From Actinomycetota bacterium (GTDB lineage: Bacteria > Actinomycetota > Acidimicrobiia > Spongiisociales > UBA4744): 64,000 nt of DNA. Positions within the stretch are counted from its first letter, which is position 1. The number at the start of each line of letters is the position of its first letter. The notes under the pieces were generated by a model. It was not told the origin of the DNA, did not search any database, and saw nothing but the letters and a program-made list of their open reading frames with translations. The translations under genes and the position numbers were made by a program. Where the stretch lies: positions 1 through 64,000 of the forward strand of contig JAADGS010000031.1 of assembly GCA_013152275.1 (NCBI GenBank), written 5' to 3'. This document shows, piece after piece, positions 1 to 9,846 of the stretch.

Positions 1-576
1 GGACCATGCCGCTCGGCGGAGTGTGTCTGTGCTGAGCTGTTCAGAAGCTCCTGTGACCAGTCGTGTGTTGCCGTATTGGTGCGTAGTAGCCAGCGAGGTT
101 GCTGATGAACGAGGGTCTTCGGCTCCAAGGGCGAAGTGCGCCTCCACCAACACAAACGTCTCCGTCAGTCCCTCGTAGTGGGCGTTCTGGTCGAGCAGGT
201 CCTGGATCTCGGCGAGGGTGTCACGCATCTCGACGCTGCCCGGTTCGATCACCGTCGCCAGAATGTCCTCGGTCACCTGGTCGGGGTGCTCCAACGCCCA
301 GTTGCGGACCGCGAAGTAGCCCTCGACGAGCGGAATGAAATCTTCGATCTCGTATCCGGCCGGGACCATGTCGACGCTCGGCGGCCCATCGACCGGCACG
401 GTGGTCGTCGTCGACGGGAGGGCCGTCGTGGTCGTCGTGGATGTGGTCGGCGGGGGAGCAGTGGTCGTGGACGAGAGACTCGTCGGTGTGAGCGTCGACG
501 ATGGTGGTGCAGTCTCGACGGTGCTCGAGCAGGCGACGAAGAACCCCAGCAACGCCGCAACGGCGAATCCCCGCAT
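1..576 (-). CDS. Thr/Ser/Pro-rich lipoprotein, hypothetical; 3' end runs off the window
   Basis: Translated by hand (not in ORF track because it has no stop): ATG at 576 after GGAGGAG RBS; MRGFAVAALLGFFVAC lipobox, Thr-rich linker, then a globular domain; frame open to base 1. Confidence 0.75.
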   Translation of the reverse strand, partial: MRGFAVAALLGFFVACSSTVETAPPSSTLTPTSLSSTTTAPPPTTSTTTTTALPSTTTTVPVDGPPSVDMVPAGYEIEDFIPLVEGYFAVRNWALEHPDQVTEDILATVIEPGSVEMRDTLAEIQDLLDQNAHYEGLTETFVLVEAHFALGAEDPRSSATSLATTHQYGNTRLVTGASEQLSTDTLRRAAWS

Positions 577-1033
577 ACCCCTCCTCCCTGGACCCAAGAA
601 ACTAGCAAATGACCTGGCGGTTTTCCACTGCAGCGTAAACTATCACAACCAAAGGCCGACCACAATGGAGCATTCTGAGGACTGGATGGTCCGAAAGGGA
701 AGAGTGCAGGATCGCACCTTTGTCCGTGTCCTCCTGCAGGCGGAAACGGTGAGCGCTGTCTGCGGCTGCAACGCAGGCGTCGATCGTGGACAGTGACGCG
801 CGTGCAGTGACGACATGTGAACGCGCTTGCGAACCGCGACACACATCGATCGGATACCGTCGAGGTCCCCGTTCGAGAGCGCTGCGAGTCAGGAACTCCA
901 GATCCTGTGCCAGGCAGGTTCCGAGGGTTCTTCGATGCTCTTGCCGACGTCGGCCGGGTCAGGCCGAGCGCGGATCTACATCCGTGCTGGTCATTTCACG
1001 CCAGTTGAATCGGTTCCATCGACAACGGGCGAA

Positions 1034-3886
1034 TCACGATGAAAACCGGCGGTTCTGGCAGCCGATCAGTCGTTCCACCACCTGGTCGAGGTCGAGATGG
1101 GCGGCGCGCTGCTCGGCCGCCACCTGTTGCGCCTCGGACAGTGACGAGAGCGCGTCGTCGAGCAGCCGTTGGCCGATGTCGCGGTAGATCACAGGTGTGG
1201 CAGGGTGGCCCAGCCCGAACGTCAGGAGTTCGGCTGCCTCGTCGATCGAGCCTTCCGCCGCGAGGACCCCACCGAGGCCGATCACGGCGAACAGCACCAG
1301 GTTGGTGTATCCGGCTTCCCTCGCCCGCTCCAGTCCGGCCGTGAACCGGGTGCGGGCGGTGGCCACGTCACCGAGACCGAGGGCGGCGTATCCGATGCGT
1401 CCGAGCGCAGCCGACAGACCCCAACGATGTCGGACCTGCTCGAAGCGGCCGAGGGATTCCCCTCCATATCGCATCGCGCCCTCATAGTCACCGAGCGCGT
1501 AGGAGCTCATGGACGCCCGGCTCAACGTATAACCCTGCCCTGCGACGTCACCGAGCCTGGAGAACGTGTCGAAGCACTCCAGATGGTGCTGCAACGCAGT
1601 CGAGTAGTCGTGGTTGGCGTCGGCAATGAGGCCCATCTTGCTGAGCGCGTACGCCGTGCCCCAGACGTCACCACAGTTTCTGAAGGTATCGAGACTCTCG
1701 GTGAACTGGGCTTCCGCAGCGGTCGGGTTGCCGTCCTCCAGATTGACCCAGCCGAGCCAGAGCAGTCCGGCTGCGACCATGATGTCGTCCTCGAGAACGC
1801 GTGCCAACGCAACGGCGCTCTCGAGAGTCGGTCGGGCCGACTTCCACTCCTCCCGGAAGACCTGGCTCACGCCGAGGCCGTAGATGCACAGGACCTCCTC
1901 CTCATGAAGATCGAGCCGCATGGTTGCGTCGCGGAGCTCCAACATTCGCTCCTCCGACATGGCGTACCGGTCGGTGAAACTACCGATGAAACTCATCTGC
2001 ACCGTGGCCGTGAGGTAGGCGGCGTCCCGTGCGAGCTCATCCTTGGTCTTGCCGGAAGCCAGCTTCTCGGAGATGCGAGCGAAGGTGTCTGCACCTTCGT
2101 GGGAGTTGTGCACCCTGAACAAGCGGGACAGGTTCCGGAGGAATGGAACGGTCTCCGTCTCGGGCAGGTTCGCCATTGCCCATTCGGTGGCGGCGCGGAT
2201 GTTGTCCATGTCGGCCATCACGACAGGAAGGGCATCGAAGACTTCGGGTCCGGCAAGTCGCTCTCGGTTCTCTTCGAGGAGTTTCGCGAAGTACTCGGCG
2301 TGGCGGGTCATCACTTCTTTCTCGGCCACCCCATCCGAGTGGAGCTGCATTGCTGCGAACTGCCGCAGCATCTGATGAAGGGAGAACCGGCCAGTGTCCT
2401 CGCGATGCACGAGCGAGCGGCCGGAGAGCTCGGCCAGATCCGAGATGGTGGCCCCGGCCACATCCGACGCGGCTCGTCGATCGAAGCCGCCCCTGAAGAC
2501 CGAGAGCTGCCGATACGTGTCCTTCAGGCGAGTCGGGAGCAGGTTCCACGACCAGTCGAAGACGGCCCTCGCGCTGCGGTGGCGGGCCGGGATGTCCTGC
2601 ATCGTCGTGGTGAGGAAGTCGAGGCTCGTCTCGATCTCGTCCGCGATCTCCTCGCAGGCCAGAACGGGTGTCCAGGCCGCCGCCAGCTCGATGGCCAGAG
2701 GTAGCCCTTGGACGAGATGGCAGATCCGTCGAACCTCGGCCCATTCGGAGGTCGGTTCGAAGGTCGGGTCGGCCTGCCGGGCTCTCTCCACGAACAGGCG
2801 AACCGCGGGGTAGGTGGACGCATCTTCTCCGTTCGTCGGGTAGGGGAGAGAGGGCACCTCGTAGATCCATTCGCCCTGAAGACCCAGTCTGCGGCGAGAC
2901 GTGACCAGGACCCGCAGTTTGGGAGCCTGGCCGAGTACCTCTGCGACCAGGCCGGCGCCCTCGACGACATGCTCGAAATTGTCCATCACCATCAACGCCG
3001 ACTGGTTGGTGAGAAAGTCGAGCAGTTGATCCTTGGGGGCGAGGTCGCTCGTGTGCGTGTCGATGGTCAGTCGCAACGCCTCTGCCACGGCGGGAACGAT
3101 GCGGTCCGGGTTGGTGATGGGTGCCAGAGGCACGAAGTGGGCGCCATTCGGGTAGGCCGATCCAAGACGTTTCGCAACCTCGATGGCCAGTCGCGTCTTG
3201 CCGATGCCACCAGGACCGAGCAGGGTGAGGAGGCGGCAGTCGGGATTCGTGAGGAGCCGATCGATCTCGGTGAGTTCCTCCGTGCGGCCGACGAAACTCG
3301 TTGGCGGGACAGGAAGATTCGTCTCGGACGTATCGAGCGTCCTGAGCGATGGAAACGCGGAGGGAAGGTCCGTCGCGGTGAGCTGATAGATTCGCTCGGG
3401 GCGCGACAGTCCCCGAAGACGATGTTCCCCCAGGTCGACCATGTCGGCATCATCGGGGAGTTGATCCTGCACGAGTTCCCTCGTCGAGGCGGAGATCACC
3501 ACCTGGCCTCCATGCGCAGCCCCTTCGATCCTCGCCACGCGGTTGACGGCAGCGCCGAGATAGTCGCCGTCGTGGAACTCGACGGTTCCGGTGTGGAGGG
3601 CCATCCGCACCCGCACGTTTCCAACCTCGGGGCTCCATGGTTCTGCCTGGATGCTGCGTTGTGCCTCCAGCACCGCCCGAACGGCATCCGGGGCCGAGGC
3701 GAAGGCGGCGAAGAACCCATCACCCTTGTTCTTGACGATGTGTCCTCCGTGTCCGACGATCGCGCCGGCGATGAGGGCATCGTGGCGAGCCAGGGCGCGC
3801 GCCATCGTTGACGGTGACCGATCCCACATCTCCGAGCTGCCCTCGATGTCGGTGAACAACAGCGTGATGGTTCCGCTCGGCAGCAT
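1034..3886 (-). CDS. Class III adenylate/guanylate cyclase fused to a STAND (NB-ARC-like) ATPase and TPR repeats
   Basis: FTDIEGS, KNKGDG and DYLGAAVNRVAR cyclase motifs; Walker A GPGGIGKT, Walker B LMVMDNFEH, GLPLAIELAAA; C-terminal TPR-like helices. Start trimmed to ATG 3886 behind GAGAGG. Confidence 0.9.
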   Translation of the reverse strand: MLPSGTITLLFTDIEGSSEMWDRSPSTMARALARHDALIAGAIVGHGGHIVKNKGDGFFAAFASAPDAVRAVLEAQRSIQAEPWSPEVGNVRVRMALHTGTVEFHDGDYLGAAVNRVARIEGAAHGGQVVISASTRELVQDQLPDDADMVDLGEHRLRGLSRPERIYQLTATDLPSAFPSLRTLDTSETNLPVPPTSFVGRTEELTEIDRLLTNPDCRLLTLLGPGGIGKTRLAIEVAKRLGSAYPNGAHFVPLAPITNPDRIVPAVAEALRLTIDTHTSDLAPKDQLLDFLTNQSALMVMDNFEHVVEGAGLVAEVLGQAPKLRVLVTSRRRLGLQGEWIYEVPSLPYPTNGEDASTYPAVRLFVERARQADPTFEPTSEWAEVRRICHLVQGLPLAIELAAAWTPVLACEEIADEIETSLDFLTTTMQDIPARHRSARAVFDWSWNLLPTRLKDTYRQLSVFRGGFDRRAASDVAGATISDLAELSGRSLVHREDTGRFSLHQMLRQFAAMQLHSDGVAEKEVMTRHAEYFAKLLEENRERLAGPEVFDALPVVMADMDNIRAATEWAMANLPETETVPFLRNLSRLFRVHNSHEGADTFARISEKLASGKTKDELARDAAYLTATVQMSFIGSFTDRYAMSEERMLELRDATMRLDLHEEEVLCIYGLGVSQVFREEWKSARPTLESAVALARVLEDDIMVAAGLLWLGWVNLEDGNPTAAEAQFTESLDTFRNCGDVWGTAYALSKMGLIADANHDYSTALQHHLECFDTFSRLGDVAGQGYTLSRASMSSYALGDYEGAMRYGGESLGRFEQVRHRWGLSAALGRIGYAALGLGDVATARTRFTAGLERAREAGYTNLVLFAVIGLGGVLAAEGSIDEAAELLTFGLGHPATPVIYRDIGQRLLDDALSSLSEAQQVAAEQRAAHLDLDQVVERLIGCQNRRFSS

Positions 3887-4006
3887 CACCACTTCCTCTC
3901 TCGCGAAGTGTATGGCACGGAGGACGGACGTGCAGGTCGAGCCGGGTTTCGTCGCCTTGTCGGACCGGTCCGGTTTGGACACGCGGGCAGAGGGTCCCTT
4001 CGCCCA

Positions 4007-4036
4007 TTGACGAATCGAACAGACGTTCGATACAGT
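4007..4036 (+). promoter_or_regulatory. LexA SOS box (4015-4030) inside a sigma-A-like promoter of imuA'
   Basis: TTGACG (4007-4012), TCGAACAGACGTTCGA, TACAGT (4031-4036). Confidence 0.85.
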
Positions 4037-4058
4037 GAGGCCCTTGGAGGACGCGAGA

Positions 4059-4646
4059 ATGACGGTGGCGCCACCGGTGGTGCTCTCCGTGCAGGCAGGG
4101 AGGGTCATCGGGTTGGTGGGCACGCCCGGGATGGGACTTACCCGGGTTGGGTTGTCGCTGCTCGCAGAACCATCCCGCATCGCCCCGGTGGCCTACGTGG
4201 ACGTGCGGGGTTGGTTCCATCCACCGGCCGCGTGGGAGGCCGGGATCGACCCGGAACGGCTGGTCGTCGTTCGTAACCGGGACCGGCTCCAGTGGTCGCG
4301 AGTGACGGCAGCACTGCTGGAAGGGATGGCAGCGGTCTATGCCGAAGTGCCGGACAGGGTGCCAGATCAGATCCTGCGCCGTCTCGCAGCGCTCACCAGA
4401 TCACGCCGGGCGGCACTGGTGCTGCGTCCGTTGTCGGGAGACCTGCCGTCGGGCGTCGCATACCTGCGGGTGCGGGGGAGGGATGTGGTGTGGGACGGGG
4501 CCGACGATGGGCATGGTCGGCTGCTGAGAAGGCGATTGATTCTCGAGGTATCCGGCAAGAACCTGCCCGAGCAGGTCATCGAAGTCGAGGACGACGGGAC
4601 GCTGCTCTCCGCACCGCGTTCGATGCCTGTGCCGTTCGTCGGATGA
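4059..4646 (+). CDS. imuA: ImuA'-like RecA-fold mutasome accessory protein
   Basis: Degenerate Walker A GTPGMGLT; PPAAWEAGIDPERLVVVR and LLEG...RRLAA segments typical of actinobacterial ImuA'; SOS box upstream; GGAGG RBS before ATG 4059. Confidence 0.75.
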   Translation: MTVAPPVVLSVQAGRVIGLVGTPGMGLTRVGLSLLAEPSRIAPVAYVDVRGWFHPPAAWEAGIDPERLVVVRNRDRLQWSRVTAALLEGMAAVYAEVPDRVPDQILRRLAALTRSRRAALVLRPLSGDLPSGVAYLRVRGRDVVWDGADDGHGRLLRRRLILEVSGKNLPEQVIEVEDDGTLLSAPRSMPVPFVG

Positions 4647-4649
4647 AGG

Positions 4650-6047
4650 TCAAGGGACGGGATCGTGCCATGGGCCATGCTCACCGATGAGGCGATCTGC
4701 CGCCTCCTTCGGTCCCCACGTTCCCGTTTTGTAGATCAGCGGCGCCGCATCCTGTCGGAGTACGGGGTCCACCACGCGCCATGCGTTTTCCACGGCCGGC
4801 GCGCTCGTGAACAGCAGCTTCTCACCCGCGAGTGCATCACCGATGAGTCGCTCATATGGTGTCATCTCGTTCGGGTTGTCGTCTCGGAGCAACAGCTCTC
4901 GCCTCTCTCCCGAGAACGCCGTGCCGGGTGCCTTGACGTTGATGTCCAGTCCGATCTGGCCCGATGGCGTGAACCGAAACCTGATCGCGTCGGCTTCCTT
5001 CCTGCGGGGTCCTTCCGGCAGCACCGAGGTTGGTGGTTTCTGCAGTTTGATGTACGCCTCGGTGACATGTACCGGCAGGTTCTTTCCCGTCCTCAGGAAG
5101 AAAGGCACGCCTGCCCACCGCCACGTATCGATGTTGATTCGCAGCGCGGCGTAGGTCTCGACCTTCGATTTGGGGGCGACACCTTGTTCTTTCCGGTAGG
5201 TGTCGAATTGGCCTCTGACGGCCGCCCGCGGCGGCACGGACTTCATCGCACGCAGAATCTTCTCCTTCTCCACCTGGATGGATGACCGATCCATGATGGG
5301 TGGCTCCATGGCGAGGAGTGCCACGAGCTGGAGCATGTGGTTCTGGACGACGTCTCGAATGGCGCCGACCCCGTCGTAGAACCGTCCGCGTCCTGCCACG
5401 CCGAAGTTCTCGGCCATGGTGATCTGGACACTGTCGATGGTGGCACGGTTCCAGAGGGGCTCGAACACGGCGTTCGCGAACCGTGCATACAGCACACCGA
5501 GCACCTCCTCCTTGCCGAGGTAGTGGTCGATGCGATAGACGGCGGATTCCGGGAAGACTTCGTTGATGGTCCTGGTCAGCTCGCGGGCGGACGCCAGATC
5601 CCTGCCGAACGGTTTCTCGACGATCACCCTCCCGTTCGTGGCGAGTCCGGCTTCGCCGAGGGAGCGGATCACGGGCGAGAACATCGATGGTGGAATGGCC
5701 AGGTAGTGGGCCGGTCTGGTGGCTCCCGCCGTGTCGAGCTTCTGGTGAAGAGCCCTGAATGTCGACATGTCCGTGTAATCGCCGTCGACGTAGTCGAGAT
5801 GTTGCATCAACCGATCGAACGCCTTGCCGTCCTCCGCCCCGTGGATGCCGCCGCCGTACGTATCGATGCTTTCCCGTGCACGCTCCTGGAGATCGTGCAG
5901 CGTCCATCCGGAGAGGGCGATGCCGACCACCGGGACCGCGAGCTTGTTCCGTCTGGCCATGTTGAACAGTGCCGGGAACGTCATCTTGAGGCCGAGATCG
6001 CCTGTGCAGCCGAACCAGCACAGGGCGTCGGCGTCCGCGCGTGTCAT
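4650..6047 (-). CDS. zwf: Glucose-6-phosphate 1-dehydrogenase
   Basis: GCTGDL, EKPFG, RIDHYLGKE, RDVVQNH, GVPFFLRTGK. Confidence 0.95.
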   Translation of the reverse strand: MTRADADALCWFGCTGDLGLKMTFPALFNMARRNKLAVPVVGIALSGWTLHDLQERARESIDTYGGGIHGAEDGKAFDRLMQHLDYVDGDYTDMSTFRALHQKLDTAGATRPAHYLAIPPSMFSPVIRSLGEAGLATNGRVIVEKPFGRDLASARELTRTINEVFPESAVYRIDHYLGKEEVLGVLYARFANAVFEPLWNRATIDSVQITMAENFGVAGRGRFYDGVGAIRDVVQNHMLQLVALLAMEPPIMDRSSIQVEKEKILRAMKSVPPRAAVRGQFDTYRKEQGVAPKSKVETYAALRINIDTWRWAGVPFFLRTGKNLPVHVTEAYIKLQKPPTSVLPEGPRRKEADAIRFRFTPSGQIGLDINVKAPGTAFSGERRELLLRDDNPNEMTPYERLIGDALAGEKLLFTSAPAVENAWRVVDPVLRQDAAPLIYKTGTWGPKEAADRLIGEHGPWHDPVP

Positions 6048-6526
6048 GGCGTCTCCGGTGCGGCCGAGAGTCGCTTCTGGATCTCTCTCAGCATCAGGGT
6101 GTGCGATTCGAGCAAGGTCAGTACCTCCTCGATCTCCACTTCCGCACGCTGGTTTACCTCGAAGTCGTTCCGCGCCTGGAGGCGGTCGAGCTCCGACGTA
6201 CGATTCTGGCTCATCATGATGATCGGTGCGGCGTAGGCGGCCTGAAACGACAACATGAGGTTGAGGAGTATGAATGGATATGGGTCCCAGTGTTTGAGCC
6301 AGCCCACCAGGTTGAGGATGAGCCAGGCTGCAAGCAGCGCGGATTGAATGATGATGAATCGCCAGGATCCGACCGTGACCGCAAAGGCATCCGCTATTCG
6401 TTCCCCGGGAGTGAGCTGTACGTCGAACTCTCCGACGACGTCTCTCGTCCTCGGCGTCGGAACGGATCGTCGCTTGAGGCGGAGGCGCTGGACACGTTGC
6501 AGTAGGTGTTCGGGGGTTGGTTCCAT
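6044..6526 (-). CDS. DUF1003 family membrane protein
   Basis: GSWRFII, DPYPFILLNLMLSFQAAYAAPIIMMSQNR; AGGAG RBS before ATG 6526. Confidence 0.85.
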   Translation of the reverse strand: MEPTPEHLLQRVQRLRLKRRSVPTPRTRDVVGEFDVQLTPGERIADAFAVTVGSWRFIIIQSALLAAWLILNLVGWLKHWDPYPFILLNLMLSFQAAYAAPIIMMSQNRTSELDRLQARNDFEVNQRAEVEIEEVLTLLESHTLMLREIQKRLSAAPETP

Positions 6527-6554
6527 GGGATTCTCCTGGGTATCTGAGCGCAGG

Positions 6555-7307
6555 CTACCGACCGGCTCGCCGTCTGGTCGCAGGGTCCTGACCGTAGAAG
6601 TTCGAAAGCATCGCGTACAAAGCCGGGATCGAGTGCAGGAGGGCGGCAGGAGCATCGAAGAAACCCTCGGTCGCCACAGCGAAGAGCTCGGCGGTGTTGG
6701 TTCCCGCGTAGGGGTCGAGCGAAGTTGCATGGGTGGACCGGACCAGATGGAGGGTCTTCTCCATCATGGCATGCCACTCGAGCTGCGCCGCCCGGTTCGG
6801 CAAGGGCGGCATGCCGTCGGCGGCACCGTCGGACATGTCGATCTTGTGGGCGAACTCGTGGAATACGACGTTGTGTCCTCGCTCCGGATGGCGTGCCTGG
6901 CGAAGTGCCGCATCCCACACGAGGACCACGGGTCCGTGCAGGCGTGCCTCTCCGGCCATGGGGAACGCGCCATCGTCGACGATCCCGTCGCTGATGCCCC
7001 GCGATCCTGCCTTGACCACGGCCGACGGATAGACGATGACGGCGGTTACGTCCCGATACCATTCGATTCCCAGGTTGAGGACCAGCAGGCACGCCTGGTA
7101 GGCGATGATCACCCGGATCTCGTCGTCGATCTCGAGCCCGCCCGCACCCTCGAAGCGCGTTTGCGAGAGGAACATGCGGGTCAGGTCCTCCATCTTCCCC
7201 TGTTCCGACGGGTCGAGGAGCGTGTACCAGGAGACTCGTCCGGCAAGGAGTTCGCGCCACGCCTCGGGAAACGGAGTGGCGAGCGCCTTGCGGAATCGCC
7301 GTTTCAT
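6555..7307 (-). CDS. M90 family (MtfA-like) zinc peptidase
   Basis: GHNVVFHEFAHKIDM, DPYAGTNTAELFAVATEGFF. Confidence 0.88.
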   Translation of the reverse strand: MKRRFRKALATPFPEAWRELLAGRVSWYTLLDPSEQGKMEDLTRMFLSQTRFEGAGGLEIDDEIRVIIAYQACLLVLNLGIEWYRDVTAVIVYPSAVVKAGSRGISDGIVDDGAFPMAGEARLHGPVVLVWDAALRQARHPERGHNVVFHEFAHKIDMSDGAADGMPPLPNRAAQLEWHAMMEKTLHLVRSTHATSLDPYAGTNTAELFAVATEGFFDAPAALLHSIPALYAMLSNFYGQDPATRRRAGR

Positions 7308-7344
7308 GGGGTGAGGACGACCAGAGCGGTCGTATCGAAGACGT

Positions 7345-9687
7345 TCATGATCTCGAGGGGCCATCGATGGCAACGGTGTAGTTGGTGCCTTCCCAACGAT
7401 CTGCGAATCGGAACGTGAAGCTGACGATCCTTCCCTTGCCGAGTCCGGAGGTCGGCAGCTCTGCGGTGTGGATGCCGAGCCCTGGGTCGCTGCTTTCCAG
7501 GTCATGTGACGTGGACCAGTCGTCGATGCTCCACCGGAGCGTGAACGGTTCCGGGATGACGATCCGAAGTGTCGTGTCGACCGGCACGGAACGGCACTTC
7601 TGTTTCCGGCTCCACACCATCGAACAGGCGGGAGTGCCCTCGCGCACATAACGCTCGAACGGGCCTTCCGGTCGATCGAACACGACCCCGTCCCTCAGCG
7701 AGCGTTTCAACCGCAGGTACTCGGCGTGGGCCCAGCACAGGGGCATGGCAGAACCAGTCGGACCGCCGAGGTACAGCTCATGTTGAGGAAGGTCGGGACC
7801 ATTCCACAGCTGCTCCGGGAGAAGGAGGGAGTCGCCGGCCGACGAGAACAGCATGGCGGCGAGCCGGCGTGCCTCGTCGATGTTGCCGGCCGCCAGCTCA
7901 TAGTGAGCCCGCTCACCCGTGAGCAGTGGCCAGGGACGTCCCACGCCGGTACCGTCGAACGGCGACCCGTCATCGTGCTCTCCGTAGCCGTCGCCGTCGT
8001 AGCGCAGCCACGCAGGCCCCTGGGGCAGGTCGACCTTCAGGAGCTCGTCGATCACCTTGATCGTGGAGAGGATCCTCGGATCGTCGGGTGAGCGAAGCCC
8101 GAACCGTACGAGGGCGAGTGCGTCGGGGCTGACCACCTCTGCGGCCGGGGCACTGCTCTGTGCCGGGGGACGGTTCTTGATCGGGATCCACCCATCCTCG
8201 GGTGCTCCGGTATCGGAGGAGGAGATGCGCACGTAGTAGCCCTCCACACCGACACGGGCGGCCAGATCGGTATCGGTGACGAACAGCCAACGCTCGATCT
8301 GGGCATTCCAGGCGTCGGCGACCTCGCAGAGGAGCATGGCGGCTTCGTGCTCGCCGGCCACATCCGCGATGTGCGCAGCCGTCAGCAGTGCCGAGATCTC
8401 CGTGGCGACCGTGAATGGCGAGTAGCCCGGGTCCTCCTCCCACCGGTCTTCGGGTGAGACGGGCCCGTTGGCGACGATGAATGCCGCCGCCTGTCGCACC
8501 ATGGGCCAGTAGGATCGCGCATCCATGTCGGCTCCCGAGCGGAGGGCAAGGCCGACGGCCAGGATGGGCAGGGCCGTCTCGTCCATCTGGATGCCCGTCC
8601 AGTGGGGACTTCCATCCAGCCACATGTTCTGAGGCCAGTGCCCATCGTGCTCTTGCGTCGCACAGAGGTATTCGAGGACCCTGACCGCCGGACCGGTCCT
8701 TCCGGCAGCGAGGAATCCGGTCGCCGTCTCCACGAGATCCCGGGCCCACACGAGGTGGTAGCCGCCGATGTCGTCGTCTCCCTTGGAGAAGCCCCAGGGG
8801 ATCGACAGGGACGCGATGAACCCGCCAGGGAACCCGGCGGATTCGTGCACCTCGAGTACTCGTATCGAGGCGGCTTCGAGCCGATCGTCGGCTTCGGGTT
8901 CGTCGTCACTCCAGCCGGCAATGAATCGGCGTTGCACCGCCTCGAACCCCTGGGCGAGTGCCGATCGAACCTGATACCCGGCTTCGGCCGCGGATGCCCC
9001 GAAGCCCAGTCCGATCGTGAAGGACCCGTCGTGTTCCTGCCAGGCGATCTCGCCCGCCAATGCAACGTTGCCTCCATCGGCCCGGTCGTACTCCCAGGTC
9101 ATCTTTCCGTGCCGGCGGACGTCCTGCCACGCGTCGGACATCCCGACGAAGCCGACCGACCGTGCCAGCCACGGGACATCGGCCGCCATCGCCAGCACCG
9201 TTCCCGAACCTTCTGCGAAGAGCATGGGGACTCCCTTGTAGTCCCCGATCCATGCGACGTTGTCGCTTCCTCGATTCACCAGATGAGGCGCAACGAGGGC
9301 GGTGACATGGAACGTGCCGCTTTCTCCCGGTGTGTATCGGGTTGACTGAAGGAGGCAATCGTGTGTGGGATCGGTGATGATGGTCTTCTCGATCCGATGG
9401 CCTCCGGGGAGATCGTTCGTTATGACGAATCCGGGAGTGAAGTGGTCGAACGGATGCTGCCGGAGTTTTGCGTGCCGTTTCTCTTCGAAGAAGACCCCGT
9501 CCTCGGATGAGATGAGAAGTCCGAAATCACGTGTGCACGCCCGGTCGATGCGGGGGTAATAGATCTCGTTCAGGATGCCGTGGCTGGTGGTGAACCACAC
9601 CCTCCCGTTACGCGCCGTGCCGACCCCGGTCTTGGCGCTGGAGGTCCATCGTGGTGAGATGCCGGGTTTCCCGGGTGCCTGGCTCAT
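7345..9687 (-). CDS. Glucoamylase/glucodextranase (GH15 with N-terminal glucodextranase domain)
   Basis: WTSSAKTGVG, GYHLVWARD, QMDET, DRWEE, LLPEQ, AMPLCWAHAEY. Confidence 0.92.
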   Translation of the reverse strand: MSQAPGKPGISPRWTSSAKTGVGTARNGRVWFTTSHGILNEIYYPRIDRACTRDFGLLISSEDGVFFEEKRHAKLRQHPFDHFTPGFVITNDLPGGHRIEKTIITDPTHDCLLQSTRYTPGESGTFHVTALVAPHLVNRGSDNVAWIGDYKGVPMLFAEGSGTVLAMAADVPWLARSVGFVGMSDAWQDVRRHGKMTWEYDRADGGNVALAGEIAWQEHDGSFTIGLGFGASAAEAGYQVRSALAQGFEAVQRRFIAGWSDDEPEADDRLEAASIRVLEVHESAGFPGGFIASLSIPWGFSKGDDDIGGYHLVWARDLVETATGFLAAGRTGPAVRVLEYLCATQEHDGHWPQNMWLDGSPHWTGIQMDETALPILAVGLALRSGADMDARSYWPMVRQAAAFIVANGPVSPEDRWEEDPGYSPFTVATEISALLTAAHIADVAGEHEAAMLLCEVADAWNAQIERWLFVTDTDLAARVGVEGYYVRISSSDTGAPEDGWIPIKNRPPAQSSAPAAEVVSPDALALVRFGLRSPDDPRILSTIKVIDELLKVDLPQGPAWLRYDGDGYGEHDDGSPFDGTGVGRPWPLLTGERAHYELAAGNIDEARRLAAMLFSSAGDSLLLPEQLWNGPDLPQHELYLGGPTGSAMPLCWAHAEYLRLKRSLRDGVVFDRPEGPFERYVREGTPACSMVWSRKQKCRSVPVDTTLRIVIPEPFTLRWSIDDWSTSHDLESSDPGLGIHTAELPTSGLGKGRIVSFTFRFADRWEGTNYTVAIDGPSRS

Positions 9688-9733
9688 TGCAATGGAGAGG
9701 GTAGCGAGAGGCCGTGCCATAAAGTCCGTCAGG

Positions 9734-9755
9734 CCGAACGTATGTTCGATAGACT
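9734..9755 (+). promoter_or_regulatory. LexA SOS box plus adjacent -10 element of imuB
   Basis: CCGAACGTATGTTCGA (9734-9749) followed directly by TAGACT. Confidence 0.85.
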
Positions 9756-9846
9756 GGAAATCTGCCGGGTACTGCCGGCGCGTGAACAAGTGGTCGAGAT
9801 GCGCGCCGTGCAGTGCTCGATGTACCAAGGCTTCAAGTGGAGGGCG

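Noticed and set aside
600..1040. Several short ORFs between the lipoprotein and the cyclase 3' end
   Set aside because: No recognisable motif, no convincing RBS and no frame clearly better than the others; left unannotated
3887..4180. N-terminal extension of the cyclase ORF in the track
   Set aside because: Overlaps imuA' and its promoter; a good RBS precedes ATG 3886. Similar over-extended starts were trimmed for many other ORFs
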